DNA of 64,000 bases from Vicinamibacterales bacterium (GTDB lineage Bacteria > Acidobacteriota > Vicinamibacteria > Vicinamibacterales > UBA8438), in NCBI GenBank assembly GCA_965204175.1, contig OZ241978.1, positions 3,814,164 to 3,878,163 on the forward strand, in the 5' to 3' direction. Below the pieces are notes generated by a model that was given only the letters and a program-made list of their open reading frames with translations, was not told the origin of the DNA and searched no databases. Shown here piece after piece: positions 9,343 through 20,300 of the stretch (positions within the stretch are counted from its first letter, which is position 1; every line of letters starts with the position of its first letter). A program made the position numbers and the translations under genes.

Positions 9343-11238
9343 ATGCACCGCGTGCTCCGCGTCGCGCTCTGCCAGTCGAATCCGGTCGTCGGCGATCTCT
9401 CCGGCAACGTTGCCGCCCTTCAGGCGCGAGTGCGAGAGGCGCGAGAGCGGCAGGCGGACATCATCCTGTTCCCCGAGTTGTCGATCACCGGTTACCCGCC
9501 GGAAGATCTCCTGCTGAAGCCGAGCTTCGTACGGGACGCCGCCGCGGCGCTCGGCGAGCTGGCCGCGGGGGTCACCGGCATCGTGGCCTGCGTCGGGGCG
9601 CCGAACGACGGTGCAACCGCGGCCGGAACGGAGGAACTCCACGGCGCCGACCCCGCGCCCGTCACGACCGTGCCCCCGCGGACCGTGCTGTACAACGGCG
9701 CGGCGGTGTTGGCCGACGGTCGCGTCCAGGCGCTCTACCCGAAGCACCACCTGCCGAACTACGCCGTCTTCGACGAGCGCCGCTACTTCACGCCCGGCAA
9801 CGAGGCGGTCGTCATCGAGCTCGGCGGCCAGCGTCTCGGCGTCACGATCTGCGAGGACATCTGGCTGCCGGGCGGTCCGGCGGACTGGTCGGTGCGGAAC
9901 GGCGGCGCGGAGATAGTCCTCAACCTCTCGGCCTCGCCGTATCACCAGGGCAAGGGCCGCGAGCGGGAGGAGCTGTTCGCGGCCCGCTGCCGCGACCAGC
10001 GCTGCTTCCTCGCATTCTGCAACGCCGTCGGCGGCCAGGACGAGCTGGTCTTCGACGGCCACAGTCTGGTCATCGGACCGGATGGAGAAATCCTCGCCCG
10101 CGGTGCGCCGTTCGAGGAGGAGATGCTCGTCGTGGACCTCGATCCGGCAGCGGCCCGCGAGTTGCGAGAGTCCGATCCCGCCTGGGCGACGTCGCCCGGG
10201 CCCACACCGGAACGAACCTCGAGCCTGCCGCGCGCTGCGAACGCCGACGCGTCGCCGGCGCGGCCGCCGCGCCAGGACGCAAGACGGGTGATCATCGTCC
10301 GCCCGCGCCGACCGGCGCGCTCCGAGACGGCTCCGCTCGCACCGCGGCCGGCGGCGGAGCCGCTGTCTCCGGAGGCGGAGATCTACAGCGCCCTCGTGCT
10401 GGGAACCGCCGACTACGTCCGGAAGAACGGCTTTCCGGGAGCCGTGCTCGGACTCTCCGGAGGAATCGATTCCGCCCTCGCGCTCACGATTGCGGCGGAC
10501 GCCATCGGTCCGGAAGCGGTCACCGCCGTGTCGATGCCGTCGCGCTACACCGCCGGGATGAACCGGGACGACGCGGCCATTCTCGCCCGCCGGCTCGGCG
10601 TCCGGTTTCTCGAGCTGCCGATCGAGGATCTGGCAATCGCGTACGGCGGGGCGCTCGCCGGCCCCTTCGCGGGCACGGAACCGAACGTCGCCGAGGAGAA
10701 CCTGCAGGCGCGCATCCGCGGCAACCTGCTCATGGCCCTGTCGAACAAGTTCGGCTGGCTGGTGCTCACCACCGGCAACAAGAGCGAGATGAGCGTCGGC
10801 TACGCCACCCTGTACGGCGACATGGCGGGCGGCTTCGCGGTGCTGAAGGACGTGCTGAAGACGTGGGTGTACCGTCTGGCCGACTGGCGCAACCGCGACG
10901 GCGAGGTCATCCCGCAGCGCATCATCGACAAGCCGCCGACCGCCGAGCTCAGGGACGACCAGCGCGACGCCGACAGCCTGCCGCCCTACGACGTGCTCGA
11001 CGGGATTCTGGAAGCCTACGTGGAAGAAGACCGGAGTCCGGCCGGGATCGAGGCGCTCGGCTTCGCCCGGGAGACGGTGGAACGCGTCGTGCAGCTCGTC
11101 GACCGCGCCGAGTACAAGCGCCGCCAGGCGCCCCCCGGCGTCCGCATCTCCACACGCGCGTTCGGCAAGGACCGGCGGCTGCCGATCACCAACCGCTATG
11201 CGCCGCGGAAGGCGGCCGCGAGCGGTCCCCCCGGGTGA
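9343..11238 (+). CDS. nadE: Glutamine-dependent NAD+ synthetase
   Basis: N-terminal nitrilase/CN-hydrolase domain (LRVALCQSNPVVGDL..., ICEDIW) plus a C-terminal NAD synthetase domain (GLSGGIDSAL PP-loop, ...TGNKSEMSVGYATLYGDMAGG). A roughly 70 aa Pro/Arg-rich linker lies between the domains. Confidence 0.9.
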   Translation: MHRVLRVALCQSNPVVGDLSGNVAALQARVREARERQADIILFPELSITGYPPEDLLLKPSFVRDAAAALGELAAGVTGIVACVGAPNDGATAAGTEELHGADPAPVTTVPPRTVLYNGAAVLADGRVQALYPKHHLPNYAVFDERRYFTPGNEAVVIELGGQRLGVTICEDIWLPGGPADWSVRNGGAEIVLNLSASPYHQGKGREREELFAARCRDQRCFLAFCNAVGGQDELVFDGHSLVIGPDGEILARGAPFEEEMLVVDLDPAAARELRESDPAWATSPGPTPERTSSLPRAANADASPARPPRQDARRVIIVRPRRPARSETAPLAPRPAAEPLSPEAEIYSALVLGTADYVRKNGFPGAVLGLSGGIDSALALTIAADAIGPEAVTAVSMPSRYTAGMNRDDAAILARRLGVRFLELPIEDLAIAYGGALAGPFAGTEPNVAEENLQARIRGNLLMALSNKFGWLVLTTGNKSEMSVGYATLYGDMAGGFAVLKDVLKTWVYRLADWRNRDGEVIPQRIIDKPPTAELRDDQRDADSLPPYDVLDGILEAYVEEDRSPAGIEALGFARETVERVVQLVDRAEYKRRQAPPGVRISTRAFGKDRRLPITNRYAPRKAAASGPPG

Positions 11239-11314
11239 ACGACGCCCTCGGCAACCGGCGCACGCCGCAGGCGTCCCGCGCGCGAAGGGTTACCGCCCCG
11301 CGGACCGGCCGCGG

Positions 11315-12259
11315 CTACCGGCGCGACGCCGAGCCGCCATCGCCTGACACCTGCTTCAGCACCGTGGTGGCGGCGCCGATCATGGACGCGACATCGCTCA
11401 GGTTGGCCGGCACGATGAGGGTGTTGCCCGCCTTCGCGAGGTTGCCGAAGCGTTCCAGGTAGTCCTCGGCGACGCGGAGCTGCATGGCCTTGTCCCCGCC
11501 TTCCGAGTTCAGTGCCCCCGCTACCTTCTTGAGCCCTTCCGCCGTCGCCCCCGCTACCGCCAGGATGGCGGCCGCCTCACCCTCGGCCTCGTTGATCTGC
11601 TGCTGCTTGGCGGCCTCGGATTCCTTGATGACCCGCTGCTTCTCACCCTCGGCCTGGTTGATCTTGGCGTCCCGGTCGCCCTCGGACTCGAGTATGGTGG
11701 CGCGCTTCTCCCGCTCGGCGCGCATCTGCTTCTCCATCGCCGTCAGCACGTCGTGCGGCGGGTTGATGTTCTTGATCTCGTAGCGCAGCACCTTGACGCC
11801 CCACGGATTCGAGGCCTGGTCGAGCTCCTCGACCACGCGCAGGTTGATGTGGCTGCGCTCCTCGAACGTCTTGTCCAGCTCGATCTTGCCGATCTCGCTG
11901 CGCAAGGTGGTCTGGGCGAGCTGGGCGATCGCGAACAGGTAGTCGCCGATCCCGTAGGAAGCCTTGCGTGCGTCCATCACCTGCAGGTACAGGACGCCGT
12001 CCACCCCCACCTGGACGTTGTCCGCGGTGATGCAGACCTGCTCCTCGACGTCGATGGCGCGCTCCTTCAGGCTGTGGCGGTAGGCGACCCGTTCGACGAA
12101 CGGAATCAGCAGGGCGAATCCCGATTCGAGCGTTCTCGAGTACTTGCCCAAGCTCTCGATGATGTAGGCGTTCTGCTGCGGCACGACCACCGCCGTCTTC
12201 ACGATCACGAGAATCGCGACGAATGCCAGCACCAGGGCGACGATCAAGCCCGCGTCCAT
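11315..12259 (-). CDS. SPFH/band-7 (stomatin/paraslipin-like) protein
   Basis: MDAGLIVALVLAFVAILVIVKTAVVVPQQNAYIIESLGKYSRTL... is a canonical SPFH N-terminus. Start taken at the internal Met (residue 44 of the ORF), just after the NfeD partner. Confidence 0.85.
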   Translation of the reverse strand: MDAGLIVALVLAFVAILVIVKTAVVVPQQNAYIIESLGKYSRTLESGFALLIPFVERVAYRHSLKERAIDVEEQVCITADNVQVGVDGVLYLQVMDARKASYGIGDYLFAIAQLAQTTLRSEIGKIELDKTFEERSHINLRVVEELDQASNPWGVKVLRYEIKNINPPHDVLTAMEKQMRAEREKRATILESEGDRDAKINQAEGEKQRVIKESEAAKQQQINEAEGEAAAILAVAGATAEGLKKVAGALNSEGGDKAMQLRVAEDYLERFGNLAKAGNTLIVPANLSDVASMIGAATTVLKQVSGDGGSASRR

Positions 12260-12281
12260 CACTGCTCCTTTGTCATCGAAA

Positions 12282-12731
12282 TCACCAACCGTCCTGTCCC
12301 GGGGCCGGGCCCTCGATGTGCAGCTCCACGCCATCGACCTCGACCACGCGGGCCTCGGCGCCGGCCGCAATCGACTCCCACCCGACATTCACGGCGGTCC
12401 ACTGCGTCCCCTGCAGGCGGACTCGGGTCCGTCGTCCGGGAGGGACGTCCTCGTCGACCGTCACCAGCGCATCGACGGCCGCATGCTGCATACGCGGTGA
12501 GCCGCCCCGCAGCCGGTCGTAGAGCTTGCGCCTGAACAGCACCATCGAGGCGATGGCCAGCACCGAGAACGCCACCCACTGCGCCCACACCGGCAACCCG
12601 AGGCCGGCCGTGACGAGCAGGCCGACCACGATCGCCGCCGCGCCGGCGAACACCAGATAGAACGCGGCGTCCGTCATGAGCTCCGCGCCCACCAGCACGA
12701 TGCCGACGATCATCCAACCCCACCACGACAT
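12282..12731 (-). CDS. NfeD family membrane protein
   Basis: Multi-TM N-terminus and a C-terminal OB-like region (GTQWTAVNVG...ARVVEVDGVELHI), immediately upstream of the SPFH gene. This is the classical NfeD-SPFH operon. Confidence 0.8.
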   Translation of the reverse strand: MSWWGWMIVGIVLVGAELMTDAAFYLVFAGAAAIVVGLLVTAGLGLPVWAQWVAFSVLAIASMVLFRRKLYDRLRGGSPRMQHAAVDALVTVDEDVPPGRRTRVRLQGTQWTAVNVGWESIAAGAEARVVEVDGVELHIEGPAPGQDGW

Positions 12732-12954
12732 GTCGTGCCCCCTGCGCCGCTCCGGTCAGGTTCTTTGCGGGAACGCCTCCGCGGTTGCCCCCTCTGTTTC
12801 AGTGTACACGTCGCAACGAAGGGCGCGGTTCCGAAGCAGCGAGCGGACGAAGCCCTTGACCGGTGGCTACCGGAAGCTACGTTGAGTGCGTATGCGATCC
12901 GTCGGCTTGAAGGTGCTCGACCGAAGCCGAAGCGACCGGTGATGGAACGGATCC

Positions 12955-13311
12955 TCACACGCCGATCATGCGCGACCGCAGCATCGACTGCACGAACCGC
13001 GCCAGCCGTTCCTCGGCCGGCTCGACGCGCTCGCCGAACTCTTGCCGCAGCCGTTCGGAGATCTCCGTCAGCGGCGTCTCGCCGTCGCACGCCTTCCAGA
13101 TGAAGGTTCCGACGTCGTCGAGGCGGATCCGGTAGAACGAGTCGCCCAGCTTCGAGGCGAGCCAGCGGCCGATGCGCCCCTCGCCGAACTTCGGACGCAA
13201 GACGACGCAACGCCTGTCGTCCAGATCGCGCCAGTCCAGGAGGCGGCGAGGGCAGGCGTTCCAGAAGGCGACGGCACCCTCGGACGCGTGCGGTCGAGCG
13301 CCCGGGCTCAC
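12955..13311 (-). CDS. PqqD-family (RRE-like) small protein
   Basis: YRIRLDDVGTFIWKACDGETPLTEISERLRQEFGERVEPAEERLARFVQSMLRSRMIGV matches the PqqD-family pattern. The GTG start overlaps the OPT stop (GTGA). Confidence 0.65.
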   Translation of the reverse strand: MSPGARPHASEGAVAFWNACPRRLLDWRDLDDRRCVVLRPKFGEGRIGRWLASKLGDSFYRIRLDDVGTFIWKACDGETPLTEISERLRQEFGERVEPAEERLARFVQSMLRSRMIGV

Positions 13312-15293
13312 TCCCCGCCGCCGCGAATCGCGTTCAGCGGCATCCTGACCAGCATGTAGTAGAGCAGGACGAAGACGAGCGCGCCGCCGAGCGCGCTATC
13401 CGCGATCTCCGGCAGGTTCAGCCAGGGCAGCGCCTCGCTGGCCCCGACCACGAAGGCGAGCAGCACCGCCATCAGCGCCTCGCCGGCGATGAAGCCGGAC
13501 GAGAGCAACACCCCCGTGTTGGTGGCGCGCGTCCGTTCCTCGCCGGTCGCCTCCTGCTCGTCGAGCGAGCGCGACAGCCACCAGCTCACGAGGCCGCCGA
13601 CGAAGATGCCCGCGGTGGATGGAAATGGCAGATACATCCCGACCGCGATGAGCATCGGCGACGGCGCCTGAATGAGAATCATGACGGCGGCCAGGGCCAT
13701 CCCGGCGATGACCAGCGGCCAGGCCATGTCCCCGCCGACGATGCCCTGCGAGATGAGCGCCATCAGGCCGGCCTGCGGCGCGGGCAGCTCCGGGCTGCCG
13801 ATCTCGTAGACCTGATCCATCAGGATCATCGGCCAGATGAGCACCATGGCGGCGACGGTCACCCCGATCAGCTCGCCGATCTGCATCTTCCAGGGCGTGC
13901 CGCCGAGGATGTGGCCCACCTTCAGGTCCTGCAGCATGTCGCCGGCGATGCCGCAGGCGCAGCAGACGACGCCGGCCACCGCCAGCACCCCGAGGATGCC
14001 GCCCGATCCGGTGACGCCGATTCCGACCATGACGATGGCGGCGATGAGCAGCGTGCTCAGCGTCAGGCCGCTGATCGGGTTGTTCGAGCTGCCGAGCAGG
14101 CCCACCAGGTAGCCGGCCACCGCGGCGAACAGGAACCCGAGGATGACCATCATGACGGTCAGCAGGATGGCGCCGCCGAAGCTCTCGCTGAAGTACCAGT
14201 AGAGGCCGAACAGCGGTACGGCCAACGCCGCGATCGCGAGGCCGGTCTTCCGGAAGTCGATGTCGATGTCCTGGCGGCCGGCGCCTTCCGCCTGCGCTGC
14301 GCCGAGGTCCCCGAAGGCGCGGCCGATGCCCTGGATGAGCGACGTGCGCAGGTTGTAGAGGGTGTAGAACGCGGCGACGATCATCGTCCCGACCGCGAGT
14401 GGCCGCACCTGCCGCAGCCACACCTCGGTACTCAGCTCGATGAACCCGGCCGAATCGGTCGCCTGGGCAGCCAGCTCCGGGTTCAGGAAGAGGCCCAGCG
14501 GAACCAGCAGCAGCCAGCCGAGCACCGCGCCGGCGAACAGCGTGGCGGCGATCTGCGGCCCGACGATGAAGCCGACCCCGATCAGCGCCGGCGACGCCGC
14601 CGGGGACTGCAGCAGGAAGCCGCCGACGTAGTTCACCGGGCGGCCCAGAATCTCGATGGTCGACTGGCCGAGGGAGACGAACCACGTGGCCGAGTCGGCC
14701 ACCAGCTTGATGCCGTTGCTGTTCTTGAGCAGCTCCCACGCCCCGGCGACGCCCATCGCCTGGAACACGAACTTGGCGCCCGTCTGACGCCCGCCCTGCC
14801 CCGCCTTCACCAGCTCGGCCGCGGCGACGCTCTCGGGGAACGGCAGCTCCGCCTCGACCACCAGGGTGCGGCGCAGCACGATGATGAACAGAACGCCGAG
14901 GATGCCGCCCACCAGCATGATGGCGGTGCTCTCCCAGTAGCGCAGCTCGTCCCAGACCCCGCTGATGACGAACGCGGGAATCGTGAAGATCGCCCCGGCG
15001 ACCAGCGCCTCCCCCACCGACGCGGTGGTCCGCGCCATGTTCTCCTCGAGGATCGAGCCCCCGAAGATGCGCAACGCCGCCATCGCCACCACCGCGGCGG
15101 GGAAGGTGGCGGCCACCGTCAGGCCGGCCCGCATCCCGAGGTAGGCGTTGGCGGTGCCGAGCACGATCGCCATCGCGGTGCCGAGCAGCACCGCACGGAA
15201 CGTCAGCTCGGGCAGATCGGACGATTCGGCCACGAACGGCACGAAGGGACGCGAAGACGGATCGCTGGTCGGATTCATCCGGCCATTCTGCAT
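13308..15293 (-). CDS. OPT family oligopeptide transporter
   Basis: About 660 aa polytopic membrane protein. N-terminus FVAESSDLPELTFRAVLLGTAMAIVLGTANAYLGMRAGLTV and internal GYLVGLLGSSNNPISG are typical of bacterial OPT transporters. Start ambiguous (15293, 15278 or 15338). Confidence 0.85.
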   Translation of the reverse strand: MQNGRMNPTSDPSSRPFVPFVAESSDLPELTFRAVLLGTAMAIVLGTANAYLGMRAGLTVAATFPAAVVAMAALRIFGGSILEENMARTTASVGEALVAGAIFTIPAFVISGVWDELRYWESTAIMLVGGILGVLFIIVLRRTLVVEAELPFPESVAAAELVKAGQGGRQTGAKFVFQAMGVAGAWELLKNSNGIKLVADSATWFVSLGQSTIEILGRPVNYVGGFLLQSPAASPALIGVGFIVGPQIAATLFAGAVLGWLLLVPLGLFLNPELAAQATDSAGFIELSTEVWLRQVRPLAVGTMIVAAFYTLYNLRTSLIQGIGRAFGDLGAAQAEGAGRQDIDIDFRKTGLAIAALAVPLFGLYWYFSESFGGAILLTVMMVILGFLFAAVAGYLVGLLGSSNNPISGLTLSTLLIAAIVMVGIGVTGSGGILGVLAVAGVVCCACGIAGDMLQDLKVGHILGGTPWKMQIGELIGVTVAAMVLIWPMILMDQVYEIGSPELPAPQAGLMALISQGIVGGDMAWPLVIAGMALAAVMILIQAPSPMLIAVGMYLPFPSTAGIFVGGLVSWWLSRSLDEQEATGEERTRATNTGVLLSSGFIAGEALMAVLLAFVVGASEALPWLNLPEIADSALGGALVFVLLYYMLVRMPLNAIRGGGE

Positions 15294-15349
15294 ATCACGG
15301 CCCCGGTTGTCACCCTGCCGTGGACCGGCGGAACGCACCGCCGCCGCGC

Positions 15350-16291
15350 ATGAGCACCCTCTCCGCCGGGTCCGCCCCGGTATACTCCGGTGCCGTGAGG
15401 CGCATCCCCGACATCTATGCCGAGAAGCGCGCCGCCGGCCTGCCGGTCATCTCCATCGAGTTCTTTCCGCCCAAGACGCCGCGGGGGGACGAGAGCCTGT
15501 TCGAGCGGGTGCTGCCCCGCCTCGCCGAAGCCCGACCCGACTTCTGCTCGGTAACGTACGGCGCAGGCGGCGGCGGCACGCGCGAGAAGACGCTGCAAAT
15601 CGTCGATCGCATGCAGCGGGAACACGGCCTGACCGCGATGGCGCACGTCACCTGCGTCAGCTTCACCCGCGCCGAGATGGACGGTTTTCTCGACGAGGCG
15701 GCCGGGCTCGGCATCGAGAACATCCTGGCCCTGCGCGGCGATCCGCCGCCGGGGGAACCGGACTTTCGGCGGCCTGCCGGCGGCTTCGACTACGCCTACC
15801 AGCTCATCGACGTCCTGAAGGCGCGGTCGAACGAGTTCGCCATCGGCTGCGCCGGCTTTCCCGAGGGTCATCCAGACTGCGAGGAGGGAAGGCACGTCGA
15901 CTGGCAACGGTTGCGCGACAAGGTCGACCATGGCGCCGAGTTCATCCTCACCCAGCTCTTCTTCGACAACGCCGATTATTTTCGGATGATCGACTACCTG
16001 ACCGGCACGCTCGGCGTGACCGTGCCGATCACCCCCGGCGTCCTGCCGATTCTGAGCACGAAGCAGGTGAAGCGTTTCACCGCGCTGTGCGGCGCCACGC
16101 TGCCTCCCGCGCTGGTCGCCGATCTCGATCGGCTCGGGGACGACGACGAGGCGGTGACCAGGTTCGGCATCGACTTCGCCTCGCGGCAGTGCGAAGCGCT
16201 GCTCGCGGGGGGCGCGCCCGGCCTGCACCTCTATGGTCTGAACCGGTCACGGTCGGCCCTGGCGATACTCCGCAACCTGAAACTCGCGTAG
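15350..16291 (+). CDS. metF: Methylenetetrahydrofolate reductase
   Basis: ISIEFFPPKTPRGDE..., VTYGAGGGTREKT, HVTCV, LALRGDPP and GFPEGHP motifs are typical of MetF. Start uncertain (15320, 15350 or a downstream GTG). Confidence 0.85.
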   Translation: MSTLSAGSAPVYSGAVRRIPDIYAEKRAAGLPVISIEFFPPKTPRGDESLFERVLPRLAEARPDFCSVTYGAGGGGTREKTLQIVDRMQREHGLTAMAHVTCVSFTRAEMDGFLDEAAGLGIENILALRGDPPPGEPDFRRPAGGFDYAYQLIDVLKARSNEFAIGCAGFPEGHPDCEEGRHVDWQRLRDKVDHGAEFILTQLFFDNADYFRMIDYLTGTLGVTVPITPGVLPILSTKQVKRFTALCGATLPPALVADLDRLGDDDEAVTRFGIDFASRQCEALLAGGAPGLHLYGLNRSRSALAILRNLKLA

Positions 16292-16452
16292 GCGCGAACT
16301 CGGCAGGACGTCGGCGCTGGCCAGGGCTGCTCAGTCCCGTTTCGGGGTCCCATGCATCAACGCCCGGAGGAGGTGGTGCTGCGCCTGTTCGATGGAATCG
16401 ACACGGCCGGTCAACCATGCGATCTGCGGCGGACCGCCTGTATGCTGTGTGC

Positions 16453-17367
16453 ATGACGCCGCGTCGCTCCGGTGGTTCCGGCGGGAAGCGCGTCAGCCGT
16501 ACCGCAACGCTGGCCGCCGGGATCCGGGCGCACCACCGGCGGTGGCATCCCGACCCGATCCTGGACGACGCCTATGCCGTGCGGCTGGTATCGCCGTTCT
16601 GGCGGCAGGTCGCCAACAACCGCCTGCTCAACTGGATCGTCGTCCACAAGCTCCTGGTGCCGTTCCATCCCATCCACACCGAGAACATCCTGCGGGCGCG
16701 CTATGCCGAGGATCGACTCGCGGAGGCGATCGCGGCCGGCGTCCGGCAGTACGTGATCCTCGGGGCCGGACTGGACAGCTACGCCCTGCGGCATCCGGAG
16801 CTCGCCGAGAGCGTCCGGATCTTCGAAGTGGATCAGCCGGGCATGCAGGCCCTGAAGCAGGAGCGGGTACGCCGGGTGCACGGCGGACTGCCCACCCATC
16901 TGACGTTCGTACCGGTCGACTTCGAGACCGACCGGCTGCACGAAACGCTCCACCGTGCCGGGTTCGACCCACGGGCGCCGGCGTTCTTCTCGTGGCTGGG
17001 AACGACGTACTACCTCACCCGGCCGGCCATCCGGGACACGCTCGACTCCATCGCGGCGGTGGCGGCGCCGGACAGCCGGCTCGTGCTGGACTTCCTGCTC
17101 GCCCGGCACCTGATCCCCATGGACGGGCTGCCCCTCGCCGACAAGCTGGAACGGCTGGTCAAGCGTCTCGGGGAACCGATGGTGTCGGAGTTCATTCCCG
17201 AGGAATTGGACGGCGAGCTGGCGCGGGTAGGCTTCGTACCGCTGGACAAGGTCCCCCCGGACGAGCAGGCACGACGCTACCTGCGAAACCGCGGCGACAT
17301 GGCCGCGCCGGCGCCGAACTTCGCGTTCGCTCTCTACGAGCGGTCCCGAACGGGCGCCGGAACGTAA
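16453..17367 (+). CDS. Class I SAM-dependent methyltransferase (LCMT/TIGR00027-like O-methyltransferase)
   Basis: RTATLAAGIRAHH...DDAYAVRL..., QYVILGAGLDSYALR and FFSWLGTTYYLT are signatures of the putative S-adenosyl-L-methionine-dependent methyltransferase family. Confidence 0.75.
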   Translation: MTPRRSGGSGGKRVSRTATLAAGIRAHHRRWHPDPILDDAYAVRLVSPFWRQVANNRLLNWIVVHKLLVPFHPIHTENILRARYAEDRLAEAIAAGVRQYVILGAGLDSYALRHPELAESVRIFEVDQPGMQALKQERVRRVHGGLPTHLTFVPVDFETDRLHETLHRAGFDPRAPAFFSWLGTTYYLTRPAIRDTLDSIAAVAAPDSRLVLDFLLARHLIPMDGLPLADKLERLVKRLGEPMVSEFIPEELDGELARVGFVPLDKVPPDEQARRYLRNRGDMAAPAPNFAFALYERSRTGAGT

Positions 17368-17373
17368 CAGCCG

Positions 17374-20300
17374 TCAGAAGCGGAACAGCCGGTTGAACTT
17401 GACGACGAAGCCGCGGTTGCGCAGGTCCCAGCTCCGGTCGGGCCGCAACCCGCCGGTGACGTCGCGGTCGTCGGTGTAGACCACGAACAGCTCGCTGCCC
17501 GGGCTGTACTCCCAGCGCAGGCGCAGGTTGCTGCTGAACGAGTTGCTCGCCGAGTTGTACTGCAGCAGCCCGCTGAAGAACATCCGCGGGTTGAACGCAT
17601 AGTTCACCCGCGTCACGCCCAGGTTCGTCTGGAACTTCCCGTACGGCGTGTCGATCCAGTTGAAGGAGACGGTCGGTTCGACGGACATCTGCGGCAGCAC
17701 CGCGATGCGTCCCTGGCTCAGCTCCACCGTCGACAGGTCGCCGTCGAAGTAGGCGCCCCGCCGCACGGTCACCGTCCCGTTGATGCGCCGCTGCTGGCCG
17801 ATGGAATAGGAAACCCCGGCATCGGCGAAGCTGTAACCCCCCACCGGAATGGAGAAGCCGGAGCCGGGAGGCGTGAACGGCCGGACGAGCAGCTCGTAGT
17901 TGTCGGTCGCCGTGAACGTCAACCGGTCGCTCGACTCGAACTCGGTCTGGAACGCCACGATGTTCTGGCGCGTCTCCAGGTGGTTCTCGTCGGCGGTCAG
18001 GATGTAGTCGATGCTGCCTTCCAGGCTGAACTGCCTGACGCTTTCGATGGATTGCGGCCGCGGGCTGAACCGGCCCGTCACGTAGGTGCGCCGGAAGTTG
18101 TCGCGCCGCAGGAAGCCCACCTCGGGCAGGAAGTTGTCCTCGACCAGCAGGTGATCGACCTTCAGGCCGTAGCGGTCGGCCGCATACTCGAAGGCGCCCT
18201 GGTAGCTCAGGTCCTTGCCGCGGTGATCCGGCCCGGGCACCCGGGTCCGGGCCAGGTAGGTGACGAGGCTCAGGTTCTCGAAGAAGGCAAAGGTGCCGTC
18301 GACGCCGTAGGCCTGACTCGAGCCCGGGGCCACCCGCGAGACCGAGCGGTTGGTGAACATGGCGCCTACGGAGCTGCGCCGCAGGACGTCCCGCCGGAGG
18401 CGGACGACGGTGAAGTTGGTCGGATCGGAGCGGGAGACCGACTCGTCGCCGGCCTGGATGTTCAGCGCCCCGACGTCGAACTGGCCGATCTTGCCGGTCA
18501 CCCGGGCGCCCCCGACGATAGGTACGATGCGGCCCTGCTCCAGACCGATCTTCCGGCTGTAGAAGAGCTGCGGCACGTTGACGTCGCCGAAAACCCCGCC
18601 GACCGGACCGCCGCCGGGACCGCCGAACCGGCCGGTGACGCCGCCGCGGGCAAAGCCGAAGATGCCCCTTCCTTCGAGGAAGAACTCGCGCTTCTCCGGG
18701 AAGAACAACGGGAAGCGGGTCAGGTTCACCTGCCGCTCGTCCACCTCCACCTGGGCGAAGTCGGTGTTCCAGGTAAAGTCGGCGGTCAGGTTCTGGGTGA
18801 TGCCGTACTTGACGTCGAGGCCGCCGGCGCCGCTGCCCTCGTCGACCAGTTGCGGGGAGGCGGTCAGGTCGGTGGTGATCCCGCCGATGGCGTAGGGCTT
18901 GACCTCGATGTTGCGGCTGGCCGGAGGCGGCTGGAGGCCGACCAGGGATCCGGCCGCCGAGACCCGGAAGATGCCGGCCGAACCGCTGCCGCCACCGGCC
19001 GAGATGGGCAACCGGGTCAGGTAGACCCATTCGTTCTTGCGCCGGATCGCGCGGCGGAGCTGTATGCCCCAGACATGCGGCGGCTCCGAGCGGTAGCGCA
19101 GCGTCTTGAACGGGATCTCCATCTCGACCGTCCAGCCGCCGCCGAAGCGGCCGGTCCGCACGTCCCATACCGGGTTCCAGTCGGCGTTCGGGTTGCCCTC
19201 GTTCGTGAACTGCTGGTCGGCGCGCGCCCCGAGCGGGTTGGTGTAGAAGTTGAAGCCGTTGCGGCGGTCGTAGAAGGTGTCGAAGAAGGCGGTGAACGTG
19301 TCGTTCTGGCGAAGCTGGCTGGTGTCGCGCCGCATCTCGTTCGCGACCCACTGGCTCTCGGGGGCCGAGTCCCAGACCCGCGCCGAGACGTACACGTTCG
19401 TGTCGTCGAACATGATCCACGCCTCGGTCCGCTCGGTGGCGGGCGCGCCGATGTCGGGCACCTGCTGGATGAAGTCGGTGATCGCGGGCACGGTCTCGTA
19501 CACCGGCTCGTCGAGCACGCCGTCGAGCCGGATGCCGTCCTCGAGGCGGACGGCCCGCACCGTCGTGCGCCCCGCTTCGTCGCGCGTCATGACCGCCGGC
19601 GGCACCGGCGCGGGCGGCCCGTCGATGAGGCCGGCATCGACGAAGAGGCCGGCGGTCTGGCCGAAGGGTCGCCCGGCGGCATCGGGAACCGGAGCCGCGG
19701 CCGGGACCGGGGCGCCGGCGTTGCCGGGAGGCGGGACGGCGGCCGCGGCGGTGCCGGGAGGCGTCGCGGGAACGGCTGGCCGCACCGGCGGAGCCGGCTG
19801 GCCGAAGGGTCCGCGACGCCCCTGCGGCGCGCTGACCGCGGTCTCGGCGGCGGGAGACTCGGAATCCGCGCGGGGCGACATCCCGAGCGCCGGCTCCCGC
19901 TCGGCCGCCGCGGCCGAACCGGCGGGCGCGGCCCCGTCGCGCAATCCCGCCGCCACCTGATCCTGCAGCTCGAACATGTCGGAGACCCTGCCTGTCACGG
20001 TCGCGGACTGAAGCACCGCCCCGTCCGCCACGGCGACGAGTCGCGCGGTCACGCGGATCCGGTCGCCGAGCCGCTGATAGGCGCCGTTGACCACCCGGTC
20101 GGCGCCGGCGCGTCGACCCGCCTGCAGCCCGCCGTCCGCGCCCGAATCGGCGGACCCGGCCACCGCGCGCGCGACCCGCGCTCCCCGCATCTGCAGGTCA
20201 ATCGCGACCGCCTCGGCGATCCCGACGCCGATCCAATCGTCCGCCGGGTCGCCGGCGAGATTGGCGAAGGGGACCACCAGCACGAGGGCGCCGTTGCCGA

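Noticed and set aside
10180-10390. The Pro/Arg-rich roughly 70-aa segment in NadE as an inserted element or gene fusion artefact.
   Set aside because: The reading frame is continuous and both flanking domains are complete. Inter-domain linkers of variable length are normal in glutamine-dependent NadE.
12732-13311. A RiPP biosynthetic cluster around the PqqD-like gene, including a precursor peptide in the 223-bp spacer 12732-12954.
   Set aside because: There is no radical-SAM, YcaO, lanthipeptide or other maturase gene nearby. The spacer contains no ATG-initiated small ORF on the gene strand, only a 17-codon GTG ORF with no support.
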